Below, in pieces: positions 52,824 to 62,387 of a DNA stretch of 64,000 nucleotides. Source of the stretch: a virus (lineage: Duplodnaviria; Caudoviricetes). Below the pieces are notes generated by a model. That model did no database searches. It was given only the letters and a program-made list of their open reading frames with translations, and was not told where the DNA came from. Where the stretch lies: the IMG/VR virus record IMGVR_UViG_2751185783_000001, positions 47,168 to 111,167 of that record, one strand, 5' to 3'. Every line of letters begins with the position of its first letter. Within the stretch, counting starts at the first letter, position 1. The position numbers were made by a program, and so were the translations under genes.

Positions 52824-53017
52824 GACAGGCCGTCCAGCAGGAACGCGGCGATCCGGCGCCGGGAGTCTTCGTCGAGGGAGATGGAGAACGTCTCCCGGTC
52901 GTGGCGGTCCAACGACCACGACGACACCCTGCCGTCCTCCCACCGCTCGAACACCAGGTTGTTGCCGCGCGTATCGGTGATGGTCATGCCATCAGCGCAG
53001 GTCAGGTGCTGCGTCAC
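52820..53017 (-). CDS. hypothetical protein
   Basis: coupled ORF. Confidence 0.6.
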   Translation of the reverse strand: MTQHLTCADGMTITDTRGNNLVFERWEDGRVSSWSLDRHDRETFSISLDEDSRRRIAAFLLDGLS

Positions 53018-53805
53018 TGCGCACCGCCAGCGGGCTGGACGACGTCCACGTCATCCCACGCGCTGTCGTCATCCCAACCCGCTACCGGATGCTGCTCCGG
53101 CTCGGCGGGCACGTCCTGCTGCGCCTGCTGGGCGGGCGGCCCACTGATCGGCTTCGCCTGTTCCCGCGCCGCGGCGGCATTCGCCAGCACCTCGGACGCG
53201 TTCACCCGGGCCATCGCCCGGACCGGAGCCGTGTCCATGCCGTCGTCGCCCAGCTCCTCCGACGCGTACGGCATCGCGTACAGCACGTCCGAGGCGATCA
53301 GCCGGCAGATCGCACCCGTGCACCGGGCGATCAGCATGTTCTTCGGCTGCTTTTTCCACTGGTCCTTCGACAGCAGCCCGAGTTGTTGGGCCTGCTCGAT
53401 CGTCCAGGTGACCTCCTGCCACTCGTCCTCACCTTTGCGCCGGCCGCGGATGGTGCACGATTTGTCGGTGGAGTCGACGAGCTGGATCGAGTGACCCTGC
53501 GCCTGGACGAGACCGCGCATGGCGTGCGCCCGCAGCGCAGGGGTGCCCTGGATGACGTCGAGGGACCGCAGGGTGGCCATCGGCTGCAACCCGAGTTCCT
53601 GCCCGGCGAGGATCGCCGCGGTGATGTCCTGCGGCTTACCCCGCAGGGATGCCGGAACGAATGAGGTCGTCGACAGCGACTGGGCGATTTGGTGGGCCTG
53701 CTTTGCCTCGTACGCCCACTGCACCAGCGGCGACGCCTGGTAGACGGGCTGGGCGGGCTGCTGCTGGGCGGGGGCGTTGTCGTCGCGGACAGCAACATCA
53801 GTCAT
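53014..53805 (-). CDS. RecT/Bet-like single-strand annealing protein
   Basis: FVP..LRGKP...GQELGLQPM...VIQGTP...WKKQPKNMLIAR. Confidence 0.82.
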   Translation of the reverse strand: MTDVAVRDDNAPAQQQPAQPVYQASPLVQWAYEAKQAHQIAQSLSTTSFVPASLRGKPQDITAAILAGQELGLQPMATLRSLDVIQGTPALRAHAMRGLVQAQGHSIQLVDSTDKSCTIRGRRKGEDEWQEVTWTIEQAQQLGLLSKDQWKKQPKNMLIARCTGAICRLIASDVLYAMPYASEELGDDGMDTAPVRAMARVNASEVLANAAAAREQAKPISGPPAQQAQQDVPAEPEQHPVAGWDDDSAWDDVDVVQPAGGAQ

Positions 53806-54703
53806 CGGTGGGCTCCTCGTGGAAGTCGTTGTCGTGCTGGTGGACGGCGTAGCCAGGGAGGCTGATCTCGGTGATGTCGAGGCCGGTGTAGTCGGGCCAG
53901 TAGCCGGACTCCTGGCAGCGGGCGAACAGCCTGCGGGCGCGGGTGTTGCGTTCGGCGCCGACCCGCAGGGCCTGCTCGTCGAGGCGGATCAGCGAGACGA
54001 GGTAGGGCGGGGTTTTCATCTGGACGACGAACACGAAGTCGGGGTCGTCGTCGAGGCCGAGCGCCTTGATGCCGTCGAGGTACCAGGCGTTCTGCATGGC
54101 GTAGCCGTACGTGTAGGCGGCCCGGCGGAAGTCCTCCGGGTTCGCCGTGACGGCCGTCTTGTAATCACCCAAGATCAGGCGGTTGCCGACCCGGTTGGGC
54201 ATCCAGTCGACGAGCGCCCGCAGCGTGATCCCCGTCTCCGGGTCCTGCCAGATCAGCGTCTGCTCCGGCTTGCCGCCCTCCGGGGTGAGCAGCGCGGAGG
54301 CGATCGGATGCTCGCGCAGCTTCCGGGCCATCGCCTGTACCTGCGCGTACTCGGACGGCTTCAGCGGGATCGCGCCCGACTGCCGGATCCGGGCGACGTC
54401 GGCCTTGTCGTCGTCCTTCTGCCACGCCTCCGGGTTCTTGCCCGTGCCGGCGAACTCCACCAGCTCCGGTCCGGCACCGAGAACGAGCTGGTGCGCGGCC
54501 GACCCGATGTCGAACGCCTTCTTGAACGGCTGCCCGTGGTTGCGCTCGTAGGCGAACAAGGCCGGGCACGACGGCGGCAGGAGCTTCTTCGCACCGGAGC
54601 AGGACAGCGAACCGCCGACAACCGGATCCGCGTGGTAGACGGCCTCGGGCAGGTCGTAGACGCCGGGGGCGGTGATGTGCGTGCCCGCAAGTGTGGAGGT
54701 CAT
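53798..54703 (-). CDS. RecE/exonuclease VIII-like PD-(D/E)xK nuclease
   Basis: LSCSGAK, IGSAAH, RALVDW, DYKT, YGYAMQNAWY. Confidence 0.88.
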   Translation of the reverse strand: MTSTLAGTHITAPGVYDLPEAVYHADPVVGGSLSCSGAKKLLPPSCPALFAYERNHGQPFKKAFDIGSAAHQLVLGAGPELVEFAGTGKNPEAWQKDDDKADVARIRQSGAIPLKPSEYAQVQAMARKLREHPIASALLTPEGGKPEQTLIWQDPETGITLRALVDWMPNRVGNRLILGDYKTAVTANPEDFRRAAYTYGYAMQNAWYLDGIKALGLDDDPDFVFVVQMKTPPYLVSLIRLDEQALRVGAERNTRARRLFARCQESGYWPDYTGLDITEISLPGYAVHQHDNDFHEEPTDD

Positions 54704-55281
54704 CGCGGCATCCACACAGGCCACGGGTGGGCCTCATCGTGCCGCGACCACGGCCAAACCCATGCCTTCTGGAATGCCTCGTGTTCGGTGATCGTGAAGT
54801 ACTCGAACACGTCCGTGAGATGATCGGCCTCGTTGTCGTGACCGCACCAGGGGTCGCAGGCATCCTGGACGGTTCGCGACGACCAGTAGTTCCCCTCGTG
54901 GTCGAGGTGGAGATAGCCGCGCGTGTCTCGGTTCTTGTAGTGCTCGACGATCGCGCCGTTCCATGTCGAACGGGACATCCACATCCAGCCGTCGAGCTGG
55001 TCGGCGGGCAGCAGCTTCTCCATCGGACCCCAGTGCGACTGATCCGGGCCGAGTTCGGCCGGAGGCGTGCACCTGTAGGCGTGTCCGCTGACGAACGTCA
55101 TGAACTCGGCGAACTGGCCCAGCTCGAATGTCCGGATGCCCTTGCGGCGGGTCTTGGTCTCCCCGTACTCGGCCACTACCAGGTCCTCGGCCGGGGTGTC
55201 GGGGCAGTTGCCGACGCAGACCAAGATGACGCCTTGCCCGTCGCCAGCGAGCCACGTACGCGGGGCGGTCAGTTCAGTCAT
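54700..55281 (-). CDS. hypothetical protein
   Basis: WMWM...HYKNRDTRGYLHLD. Confidence 0.65.
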   Translation of the reverse strand: MTELTAPRTWLAGDGQGVILVCVGNCPDTPAEDLVVAEYGETKTRRKGIRTFELGQFAEFMTFVSGHAYRCTPPAELGPDQSHWGPMEKLLPADQLDGWMWMSRSTWNGAIVEHYKNRDTRGYLHLDHEGNYWSSRTVQDACDPWCGHDNEADHLTDVFEYFTITEHEAFQKAWVWPWSRHDEAHPWPVWMPR

Positions 55282-55619
55282 CGGCGGGCCTCGGCGAGCA
55301 TGTGTTTCGACACCACGTTGCGGTGCCGAATGATCTGGCAGCCGGTGCACATGCACGTGTCCTGCTCGTGAGAGCCACAGATCTCCTCGGCGGCCCGGCG
55401 CCAGATCGACTCCTCGATCTTGTATTCGAGGATTTCTTCACGCAGGTCGGCCTCTCGGCAGTCGCAGCCGACACGGTGTTCAGTGCAGTTCACGGCCCGC
55501 GGGTCGACGGTCATCAGCGGCGGCGTGTAGTCGACGGTCGAACCGTCGGCGAACTTCGCCTTGTCGGTGCGGATGCGCTGGTGGTGCAGCGGGAAACGGT
55601 CCACGGTCAGTTCAGTCAT
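55278..55619 (-). CDS. Cys-rich hypothetical protein
   Basis: CTEHRVGCDCRE...CMCTGC. Confidence 0.65.
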   Translation of the reverse strand: MTELTVDRFPLHHQRIRTDKAKFADGSTVDYTPPLMTVDPRAVNCTEHRVGCDCREADLREEILEYKIEESIWRRAAEEICGSHEQDTCMCTGCQIIRHRNVVSKHMLAEARR

Positions 55620-55956
55620 CGGTCTTTTCCTCCCACTTGTCGCAGTGCACGATCGGTCCGGCCTTGACCTCCTGGCCCGCACCCCGGCAGGACTTGCACT
55701 CGTTCCACGGGTCCGCGGTGACGCCGCCGCAGTCGGGGCAGGCGGGAGTGCCGGCGAGGTTGACCCCGGCCGCGCAGTCCTCTTCACCCATGGCCTGCCA
55801 CGGGTCGATGTGGTGTCGGCAGGTGAGGCAGCCGCGGTTGTCCGGGTTCTTCCAGCAGCGGCCCATGTGCTCGACCGCACGCCGCCGGGACGAGTGGGTG
55901 CGCCCGCACCACGGGTCCTGGTAGCGGGTCACCCGCACCGGGATCGGGGCGGTCAC
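55612..55956 (-). CDS. Cys-rich protein
   Basis: HMGRCWKNP..RGCLTC. Confidence 0.65.
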   Translation of the reverse strand: MTAPIPVRVTRYQDPWCGRTHSSRRRAVEHMGRCWKNPDNRGCLTCRHHIDPWQAMGEEDCAAGVNLAGTPACPDCGGVTADPWNECKSCRGAGQEVKAGPIVHCDKWEEKTDD

Positions 55957-56267
55957 GACTGAACCCCGGCCTTCTCCAGCAGGTCTCGCGCCCGCTCCAG
56001 AACCTCGCAGCGGTGACAGGTGCGCATGTCGACCGGATGGAGCGTCGGCCCGGTGCAGTGGTCGAACTGGCAGCCGACGTGTTCCAGGCTGTCGACGACA
56101 TCCACCAGAAGTGCTCGTGTCTGGCGGGCCTCACGGACGAGGTCGAGCATCACCGGCCGGTAGTCGCGCTGCGAGCAGGTGCAGGCGGAGGGGAGGCCCG
56201 CATCGCAGGACCCGCACGTGTTCAGGAACTCGGCACTGATCTCGTCCAGGTTTTGAGCGGTCACCAT
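55953..56267 (-). CDS. Cys-rich protein
   Basis: CGSCDAGLPSACTC. Confidence 0.6.
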   Translation of the reverse strand: MVTAQNLDEISAEFLNTCGSCDAGLPSACTCSQRDYRPVMLDLVREARQTRALLVDVVDSLEHVGCQFDHCTGPTLHPVDMRTCHRCEVLERARDLLEKAGVQS

Positions 56268-56992
56268 GACCCGCCTTCGCCGCCGCGCAGCCCGGCCCCG
56301 ACTGCGAACCGTTCCAGGTCGCACGGCTCGCAGCCCACGGTTACGCCCGGCTGCTCACCGCAGATCAGGCACCGGCCGGACTCGGCCCGGGCCACCCGCT
56401 CGGCAATCTCCGCGTCCGTCAGCCGTTTGATGATGAGCCGGTGCTGGTCGTACACCTTCCAGCCGAAGCCGGTCAGCTTCATGTTCCGGCCGTAGCCGTC
56501 CTCAGAATCGGCGACCGCCTCGACGATGCCCTTCGATTCCAGGGCGTTGACCGTGGCCCGGTGCAGAGCATCACCGTGGAAGTGGACGGTCGACACCCAG
56601 CCGTGGCCGCCCCGCAGCACGTACCGTTCGATCTCCTCGGCCTGCGTCTCGGACAGCCGCACGCCCTTCGGGGTGAGCGGCTTCGCGGCAGGGGCCGGCG
56701 CGGCAGCCGCCTCAAACTTCGACCAGTCGACGGCCGCCCGCTGCTCCCACGAGGCGCGCAGCACCGACTTGACCAGGCGTCCGGCCTCGGCGGCGAACTC
56801 CTCCGGCCATCCGGACACCCGGTTCTCGCGGGCCTTGTGGGTCGCCACGAACGCCCGGTTGCCGCCGCCCGTCGACTCACACTCGTGACCGGGGCGGGCG
56901 TTGCACTTCGGGCAGGTCACGGCGAGAGGGGCGCGCAGGACGTCGATCAGGTCGAAACTCTCGACGGGCGCAGCCAGGGCGAGGGCGGTCAT
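56261..56992 (-). CDS. Zn-finger plus winged-helix-like protein
   Basis: CPKCNARPGHEC...H..R; ATVNALESKGIV. Confidence 0.7.
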   Translation of the reverse strand: MTALALAAPVESFDLIDVLRAPLAVTCPKCNARPGHECESTGGGNRAFVATHKARENRVSGWPEEFAAEAGRLVKSVLRASWEQRAAVDWSKFEAAAAPAPAAKPLTPKGVRLSETQAEEIERYVLRGGHGWVSTVHFHGDALHRATVNALESKGIVEAVADSEDGYGRNMKLTGFGWKVYDQHRLIIKRLTDAEIAERVARAESGRCLICGEQPGVTVGCEPCDLERFAVGAGLRGGEGGSW

Positions 56993-57228
56993 GCGGTAGC
57001 TCCTTCGATGGCCTCGACGTGGGTGAGCGCGATGCAGGCCGCGTAGCCGTCGACCCACACGACGGCCGTGTGGTCGGAAAGAATCTGAGCCTCGGTGCGG
57101 GTGGTCGAGAAGCGCGGGCCGTCCGTACGGAGTCCGGGCCAGAACCGGACGGGCGTGCCGACCGGGTAGCGGGCGTTGAAGGTGTCAACCTCACGGTTGA
57201 GGGCGGCCTCGGTGGCGGCGGCGTTCAT
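56989..57228 (-). CDS. conserved small phage protein
   Basis: FNARYPVGTPV...TRTEA...VVWVDG. Confidence 0.75.
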   Translation of the reverse strand: MNAAATEAALNREVDTFNARYPVGTPVRFWPGLRTDGPRFSTTRTEAQILSDHTAVVWVDGYAACIALTHVEAIEGATA

Positions 57229-57593
57229 ACCTCACTGCCCAACTCGGCGCGGAGAGCGTTGAGGTCGCGGGCCGACACCGGTGCGTCGAGAGCCTTGCGC
57301 CACAACTGCTCGACGAGCGCCCGGGCCCTGTCGATCTGCGCGGTCGGGGTCAGCGACTCCATCGCGCCCTCGGCTCCACCCCAGTAGACGGCGTGGAACG
57401 CGCCGGGGGTGCCGCAGATCTCCGCGTGGTGCGTGTTGATCGCGCCCTTGACGATTTCGGTCTCCCCGTCGCGGCGGTGCAGCTCGTTCAGCACGTCGGC
57501 GGCGAGCATCAGCAGGCCGTCGGTGGTGAGCGCACGGACCAGGCCGCGGGCGAGGGTGTCGGCGGTGAACTCCGGGCGGGCGAAGCCGGTCAT
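57225..57593 (-). CDS. hypothetical protein
   Basis: coupled ORF. Confidence 0.65.
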   Translation of the reverse strand: MTGFARPEFTADTLARGLVRALTTDGLLMLAADVLNELHRRDGETEIVKGAINTHHAEICGTPGAFHAVYWGGAEGAMESLTPTAQIDRARALVEQLWRKALDAPVSARDLNALRAELGSEV

Positions 57594-58414
57594 GCGGTCG
57601 CTCCTTCAAGCTCGGGCTGGCCGGCGTCGAGGCGGCCGAGCATGCGGGCGATGCCGACCTTCCCGGCAGGGGTGACGTAGAGGGTGGTGCGCATCTGGCC
57701 GTTGAACAGGCGCGGCGCGTTCGGGTGGTCGCCCTCGCGGAACCAGTCCATGTACTTGGTTGCGGGCTCGTACCGGTACTCGGTGATGACTTTCTGCTTG
57801 GACTCGGAGAACCGGTTCCCGACAGGCGTCCTGAAGATGACCTTGCGGGTTAGGAGTTCGGCGCGTAGATCCTTCTCGGCCATGCCGATGCGCTTTGCGA
57901 GCTGCCGGACCAGGCACGAATCGCTGGACCGCAGGAAGTTGTCGACGTAGGCGACCTTCGGGGCGGCGGCTTCGAGTTCGGCGGCCTGCCGTACGGCCAC
58001 GGCTTCAGCTGCGTCCGCGCGGTCCGCCTCGGCGATAACCAGCATGGCGAGTTCGCGGTTGGTGAGCTGCCGTGGAATGACTGCGCCGGTGTCGTACCGC
58101 CCGGTGCGGCGAATCGCGGGGATGACCTCGTGGGTGATCCAGCGTTTGAAGCGTTTGGCCTCGGGCTTGCGGCTGCGAAGGATCAGCGAGTACATGCCCG
58201 GCTCATTGACGACGGCGAGTTCTTGCTGGCCGCCGGGGGTCTCCATACTGTGGACCCCCTTTTCGTCCTCGTCGAGGAGGGCGAGGGAGCTGTGCCGGTT
58301 GGACAGTTCGAGGACGGTGCAGATGTCGGCCGCGACGAACCAGGGGTTGCCGTCGATAACGGCGGTCCGGATGTCGGTGCCGTTGAAATCGAAGATCTGG
58401 GCGAGGGTGCTCAA
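57590..58414 (-). CDS. Bro-N / KilA-C antirepressor
   Basis: PWFVAADIC, NEPGMYSLILRSRKPEAKRFKRWITHEVIPAIRRTG, APKV, VTPAG; TTG start with AAGGAGAGG RBS. Confidence 0.92.
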   Translation of the reverse strand: MSTLAQIFDFNGTDIRTAVIDGNPWFVAADICTVLELSNRHSSLALLDEDEKGVHSMETPGGQQELAVVNEPGMYSLILRSRKPEAKRFKRWITHEVIPAIRRTGRYDTGAVIPRQLTNRELAMLVIAEADRADAAEAVAVRQAAELEAAAPKVAYVDNFLRSSDSCLVRQLAKRIGMAEKDLRAELLTRKVIFRTPVGNRFSESKQKVITEYRYEPATKYMDWFREGDHPNAPRLFNGQMRTTLYVTPAGKVGIARMLGRLDAGQPELEGATA

Positions 58415-58490
58415 GCGCCTCTCCTTGAAGGTGATGAAGGCTTGGATTCGGCGGGAGCGTTGCTCACCTGCCACTAAGACCGTACCGTAA

Positions 58491-58589
58491 AAGTTACAGA
58501 ACTAGTAGCAGAAGAAGTGTCAGTATCCGAGAGGGTGAACCCATGACGATCACAACCGCCGCACCAAGTGACAGAACTACGCACAGAAG
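58491..58589. promoter_or_regulatory. 24-bp imperfect direct repeats between divergent genes
   Basis: AAGTTACAGAACTAGTAGCAGAAG at 58491 and AAGTGACAGAACTACGCACAGAAG at 58566. Confidence 0.65.
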
Positions 58590-58605
58590 CCCGTACGATC
58601 CGGAC

Positions 58606-58821
58606 ATGGCGAAGCGCGAACCGGTCGGCATCCAGGCCCTACGACTCCAGATCAAGGCCGTCATCGCGAAAGTCACCGGGGGCAAGCTCACCGACGGCAC
58701 CGAGGAGCCGGGCGGAACGCACGTCGTCTTCACCCGCCACGGCAAGCACATCGCCGTCCTCGTGCCGATGGACTGGTACCGGGAGGCCGCCGAGAAGATG
58801 GGCGACCCCACCGAGTACTGA
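58606..58821 (+). CDS. Phd/YefM-family antitoxin-like protein (orphan)
   Basis: VGIQALR...HVVFTRHGKHIAVLVPMDWY. Confidence 0.78.
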   Translation: MAKREPVGIQALRLQIKAVIAKVTGGKLTDGTEEPGGTHVVFTRHGKHIAVLVPMDWYREAAEKMGDPTEY

Positions 58822-58825
58822 GACC

Positions 58826-59125
58826 TCATGGCTGACTCCGCCACGACCACGGCACCTCAGCCCGCACCGTCCGCGCGTTCACGCACGCCACGTGCCGGCA
58901 CCCGGCCATCCGCACACACGACAGGCAGTCCCGCAGCCCGGCCAGCACCGCGCGCTCAGCCGGGGCGGCACCACGCCACTCCCACCCGGCCCACGGCGTC
59001 TGCGAACACACCGCGGCCGCCGCATCCGGGCCGGGAAGCAGATGCCGGACAGCCCCGCCGTCGAGATACCGCCACACCTGCTCGCCAGAAAGGTCGGCGA
59101 CGGGTGCGACCTGGACGGCGCTCAC
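58826..59125 (-). CDS. Cys-containing hypothetical protein
   Basis: HLL...AVC...CLSC. Confidence 0.6.
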   Translation of the reverse strand: MSAVQVAPVADLSGEQVWRYLDGGAVRHLLPGPDAAAAVCSQTPWAGWEWRGAAPAERAVLAGLRDCLSCVRMAGCRHVACVNARTVRAEVPWSWRSQP

Positions 59126-59349
59126 TGCTCGCCCCGCCGCTGCACCGGGATGACCGCAGACTCGGGCGACTCACGCTGCTCGGGCACCAGGTCCCGAAGG
59201 TGCCGGGCCGTCTCCGCCTGTGCGGCAGCCAGCACCCGGGCACGGGCGCGGCGCTCCCAGCACCGGTGCCACACCTCCATCACCCACATGACCACCCAGC
59301 CCGACACGGCGGCCAACGGCACCAGCGCACCCAACACCGCGCGCTTCAC
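59122..59349 (-). CDS. small membrane protein
   Basis: N-terminal TM; coupled. Confidence 0.5.
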   Translation of the reverse strand: MKRAVLGALVPLAAVSGWVVMWVMEVWHRCWERRARARVLAAAQAETARHLRDLVPEQRESPESAVIPVQRRGEQ

Positions 59350-59576
59350 GACCCGCCCTCCGCCCGGCCCTCGCCAGTGCGTTCCAGACGGGTAGCCAGC
59401 GGCACCGTCCGCACGATCTGCTCGTCGTAGCCGGCCTGGCGACGGGCCAGCGCCCGCTGCCGGTCGTTCCACCACCAGATCAGCTCGGTGGTCAGCTTCG
59501 AAACGGCGGCGGCAACCGACCCGATGACGATCAGCGCCATCAGCGTGTAGCCGAGACCGGCCAGGAACGCGCTCAC
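59346..59576 (-). CDS. small membrane protein
   Basis: N-terminal TM; coupled. Confidence 0.6.
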   Translation of the reverse strand: MSAFLAGLGYTLMALIVIGSVAAAVSKLTTELIWWWNDRQRALARRQAGYDEQIVRTVPLATRLERTGEGRAEGGS

Positions 59577-60052
59577 TCGCCCGGCTCCCCGGACGTCCAG
59601 CCCTCAGCGCGGGCCTGACGCTGCCGTTCCTGCCGGGCGGCCTCCGCGGCGAGTAGTTGTTCGAACCCGGTGACGACGGCCTGCGCCGCATCCTGCTGAC
59701 GCTTCCCGCTGATCCACCGAGCGTTGCCCTGGTTCGCTTCCCGCGACAGGCGCACGTACCGGTCCGCCGGCGGGCTGTAGTCCAGGCGGACCCACCACTC
59801 GCCGTGAGGGTCATTCACCGGCAGGACGTCCTCCGCAACCGCGTCCGCCACGTCCATCAGGTCGTCGTCCTCGCACAACACACACCCGCGGCACCCCGGG
59901 TCGTCGGTGCACGGCGGCCCGTCCATCCACCGCAGCGTCGCCGCGACGACCAGCGCCACGGCCGCCGTCGAGATGACCGCCATCGCGGACGGGATGAGGA
60001 TCAGGGCCGGGTACACCTCGGCCACCGCAGACACCGGGAAGTCGCCGATCAC
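59573..60052 (-). CDS. membrane protein with Cys cluster
   Basis: TM followed by C...CRGCVLC. Confidence 0.55.
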   Translation of the reverse strand: MIGDFPVSAVAEVYPALILIPSAMAVISTAAVALVVAATLRWMDGPPCTDDPGCRGCVLCEDDDLMDVADAVAEDVLPVNDPHGEWWVRLDYSPPADRYVRLSREANQGNARWISGKRQQDAAQAVVTGFEQLLAAEAARQERQRQARAEGWTSGEPGE

Positions 60053-60231
60053 CGGGCCACCGCCGCAACCCCGCGCACCGGACGGACGGCCGGGTACAGC
60101 TTCGTCGGCTCCGACACCCATGCGGGCTCAGGATCGGTCACCGGCTGCGCCTCGACGACCGGGCCGAGCACCTCCGGCTCACGGTGTCGGCCGCGGTAAG
60201 GCTTCGACCAGCTGAAAACAGGCATGTTCAT
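60049..60231 (-). CDS. hypothetical protein
   Basis: YRGRHR motif; GGAG RBS. Confidence 0.5.
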   Translation of the reverse strand: MNMPVFSWSKPYRGRHREPEVLGPVVEAQPVTDPEPAWVSEPTKLYPAVRPVRGVAAVAR

Positions 60232-60291
60232 GAAGGCTCCAGAGAAGGGGAGCGGGCAAGGAAAGAGCGAGGGGTGGGGTGGTGCGAGGGG

Positions 60292-60561
60292 TCAGTCGTG
60301 GAAGACAGGCCGGGGAAGGGGCTCCGGCTGCTTCTCCTGCTTGCGATCCGAAACACGCCGGCGCGGCCTGGGCGGGCCATTGAACAGCCGCGGGTCGGTG
60401 TCCGGCTCGTGGACGGTGTGCGTCAGATCGGACTGCCACTGACCGGCCAGCACGCCCCGCCGGTACTCGCGGGACCTGCGCAGCCGGAACCATGCCTCGC
60501 CGGCCAGCACACCGACAACCACCGCAACCAGAACGGCGGCGGCCAGGACGACGGCGGTCAT
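60292..60561 (-). CDS. small membrane protein
   Basis: N-terminal TM; GGAGGG RBS. Confidence 0.55.
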   Translation of the reverse strand: MTAVVLAAAVLVAVVVGVLAGEAWFRLRRSREYRRGVLAGQWQSDLTHTVHEPDTDPRLFNGPPRPRRRVSDRKQEKQPEPLPRPVFHD

Positions 60562-60685
60562 CGGTCGGCCCTCCGTACGGGACGGCGCACCTCGGCGATC
60601 AGATCCGCCAGATCAGCCGGGCTGAACGGGGCAGTGTGACGGCGCCGCCGGGCGGCCAGCCACAGGCGCCACCACCGCGGGGCCC

Positions 60686-61552
60686 TCACGCTGCCACCTC
60701 GACATTCCGATGGAGCTTGTTCACCAGACCGGATTGCCGAGCACGCTGGAGCCGACCCCGGATTGCACCCGGGGTTGTGTTCAGTCGCTCAGCGATTTGC
60801 TGCCGGTTCAGGCCGAGTCCCTCGGCGTCGTGGTAGTTGGCCAGCCAGGTCTCGGCTTCCGTCAGGTCGTCGCTGAGGCCTGACGCAGAGGCAGCGGCCG
60901 GGTCGTCGATAGTCTCGTCATCCCACGCCAGCGGCGGCAGCCAGCCCTTACCGGCCGCAAACCGGCGGGTTCTCGTCCCACCGATCTCATCCTTGGCCGA
61001 CCGCATAGACAAGTCCTCGTACAGGTCAGCGACCGAGCGGGCGGTTTTCGCAACCACGGGTCCCGGCTTGACCAGAGCGGCGAAGTTACTCACCGTCCAC
61101 CCGATCAATTCGGCTTGGACGGTGAGCGACCAGCCCATGCAACACATAGCTTGGATGCGCCGGGCAGTACCGGTGCCGTCAATGACGGCCGCATCCGCTG
61201 CCTGCCGCCCGCCATCGACCGGAATCGCCAGGATCTTCTCGGCGGTCTCCGTGCGCACACGATCGGACGGCGGGTTACCGCGGCGCCCCTTGAGTAGCGC
61301 CGTAATCGCTGACCTGCTCACACCCGTCAGAGCTTCAATCCGGCGAGCGCCGATTCCCGCGCCGCTCAACGCGGCCAGGTGGTCACGGACAGGCTGGGCG
61401 GCGACGAAGGGCCGCCACGTTCCGGCGGTGATCTTCTTGGTGCGGTTCTCGTCGTACTGTGACCGCGCCCAGCCGCACGTGTAGCAGCGGCAACCGTCAA
61501 GCCGGTAGCGGGCGTATCCGTGAGGCCGGGAAGAGGTAGCGGCACCCATCAT
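60686..61552 (-). CDS. Zn-binding multi-HTH DNA-binding protein
   Basis: HG..RY...GCRC..C, IEALTGVSRSAI, RRIQAM...GW, PPLAWDD, C-terminal HTH. Confidence 0.8.
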   Translation of the reverse strand: MMGAATSSRPHGYARYRLDGCRCYTCGWARSQYDENRTKKITAGTWRPFVAAQPVRDHLAALSGAGIGARRIEALTGVSRSAITALLKGRRGNPPSDRVRTETAEKILAIPVDGGRQAADAAVIDGTGTARRIQAMCCMGWSLTVQAELIGWTVSNFAALVKPGPVVAKTARSVADLYEDLSMRSAKDEIGGTRTRRFAAGKGWLPPLAWDDETIDDPAAASASGLSDDLTEAETWLANYHDAEGLGLNRQQIAERLNTTPGAIRGRLQRARQSGLVNKLHRNVEVAA

Positions 61553-61932
61553 CGAACTCCTGCCGCGAGGTCGAACAGCGACATCTGGCCGGACAGTTCG
61601 TCACGCCCGCCGGGGGTAGTGCTCGAAACCTGCTGTTCCGGATCGGGGCAGGAGCATGGGCAGCGCCACGCGCATCGCTTCCCCTTTGCCGGCCACACCG
61701 CGACCCCGGCCAGGTAAGCGGCAGGCTGCTCCGGGCCGCGACCGGTTGCTGACCGTCGGGTCATGCACCGGTCATGACGGTTCCGGTTGGTGCAGTTGCC
61801 GCACGTACCCCACTGGCAAGCGCAGGTGCGGGCCGCTGCGGTGCCGTTGTGTCCGGCTCCGATACCGCTCGGGTATCGCTCGGTGAGCACGTCATGGAAG
61901 ATGCGATCGGCGATACCCGCGGGGAAGGTCAT
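61549..61932 (-). CDS. Cys-rich protein (DUF6248-like)
   Basis: CACQWGTCGNC...H..C...CAWRCPC. Confidence 0.7.
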   Translation of the reverse strand: MTFPAGIADRIFHDVLTERYPSGIGAGHNGTAAARTCACQWGTCGNCTNRNRHDRCMTRRSATGRGPEQPAAYLAGVAVWPAKGKRCAWRCPCSCPDPEQQVSSTTPGGRDELSGQMSLFDLAAGVR

Positions 61933-62129
61933 CAGGCCACCGCCCGGTCGCCGGGGAGCCCCCAGTTGACGCGCCGGGAGGCGATCTGGCGCCAGCCGGT
62001 TTCGGACGACGCCCACTCGCGCCGGCACTCATCGGGGGTGGTGCAGTTGGTGTGGCCCTCGCGGCAGGTCGTGCCAGGTTCGACGGCCGGGCTGGGCGGG
62101 TTGGCGACGGCGGTACTACTCTGCGACAT
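61932..62129 (-). CDS. hypothetical protein
   Basis: GAAGGG RBS. Confidence 0.5.
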   Translation of the reverse strand: MSQSSTAVANPPSPAVEPGTTCREGHTNCTTPDECRREWASSETGWRQIASRRVNWGLPGDRAVA

Positions 62130-62207
62130 AGATGTGCCCTTCTGGTGTGGGGGCGATCGGTGCAAGCAGGGGCGGCCCTCGTTCACGGCGGGGGCCGCTT
62201 TCGTGTC

Positions 62208-62387
62208 TCAGGTGGTGCGGGGCGCCAGGTCGAGCGGCGGTGACGGGAACCGGTCCAGCTGCCACGGGCGGTGCTGCGCGTCGCATTCGGCGGCGGCCTC
62301 AACCCAGGACGGGAACGGAATGTCCAGGCCGTCGAGGGCGCAGACCGCGGTGCCGCCGGGAAGCGGGCGGATCACAGCGGGGCTCAT
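62208..62387 (-). CDS. 59-aa hypothetical protein
   Basis: ATGA coupling with the upstream nuclease gene. Confidence 0.5.
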   Translation of the reverse strand: MSPAVIRPLPGGTAVCALDGLDIPFPSWVEAAAECDAQHRPWQLDRFPSPPLDLAPRTT

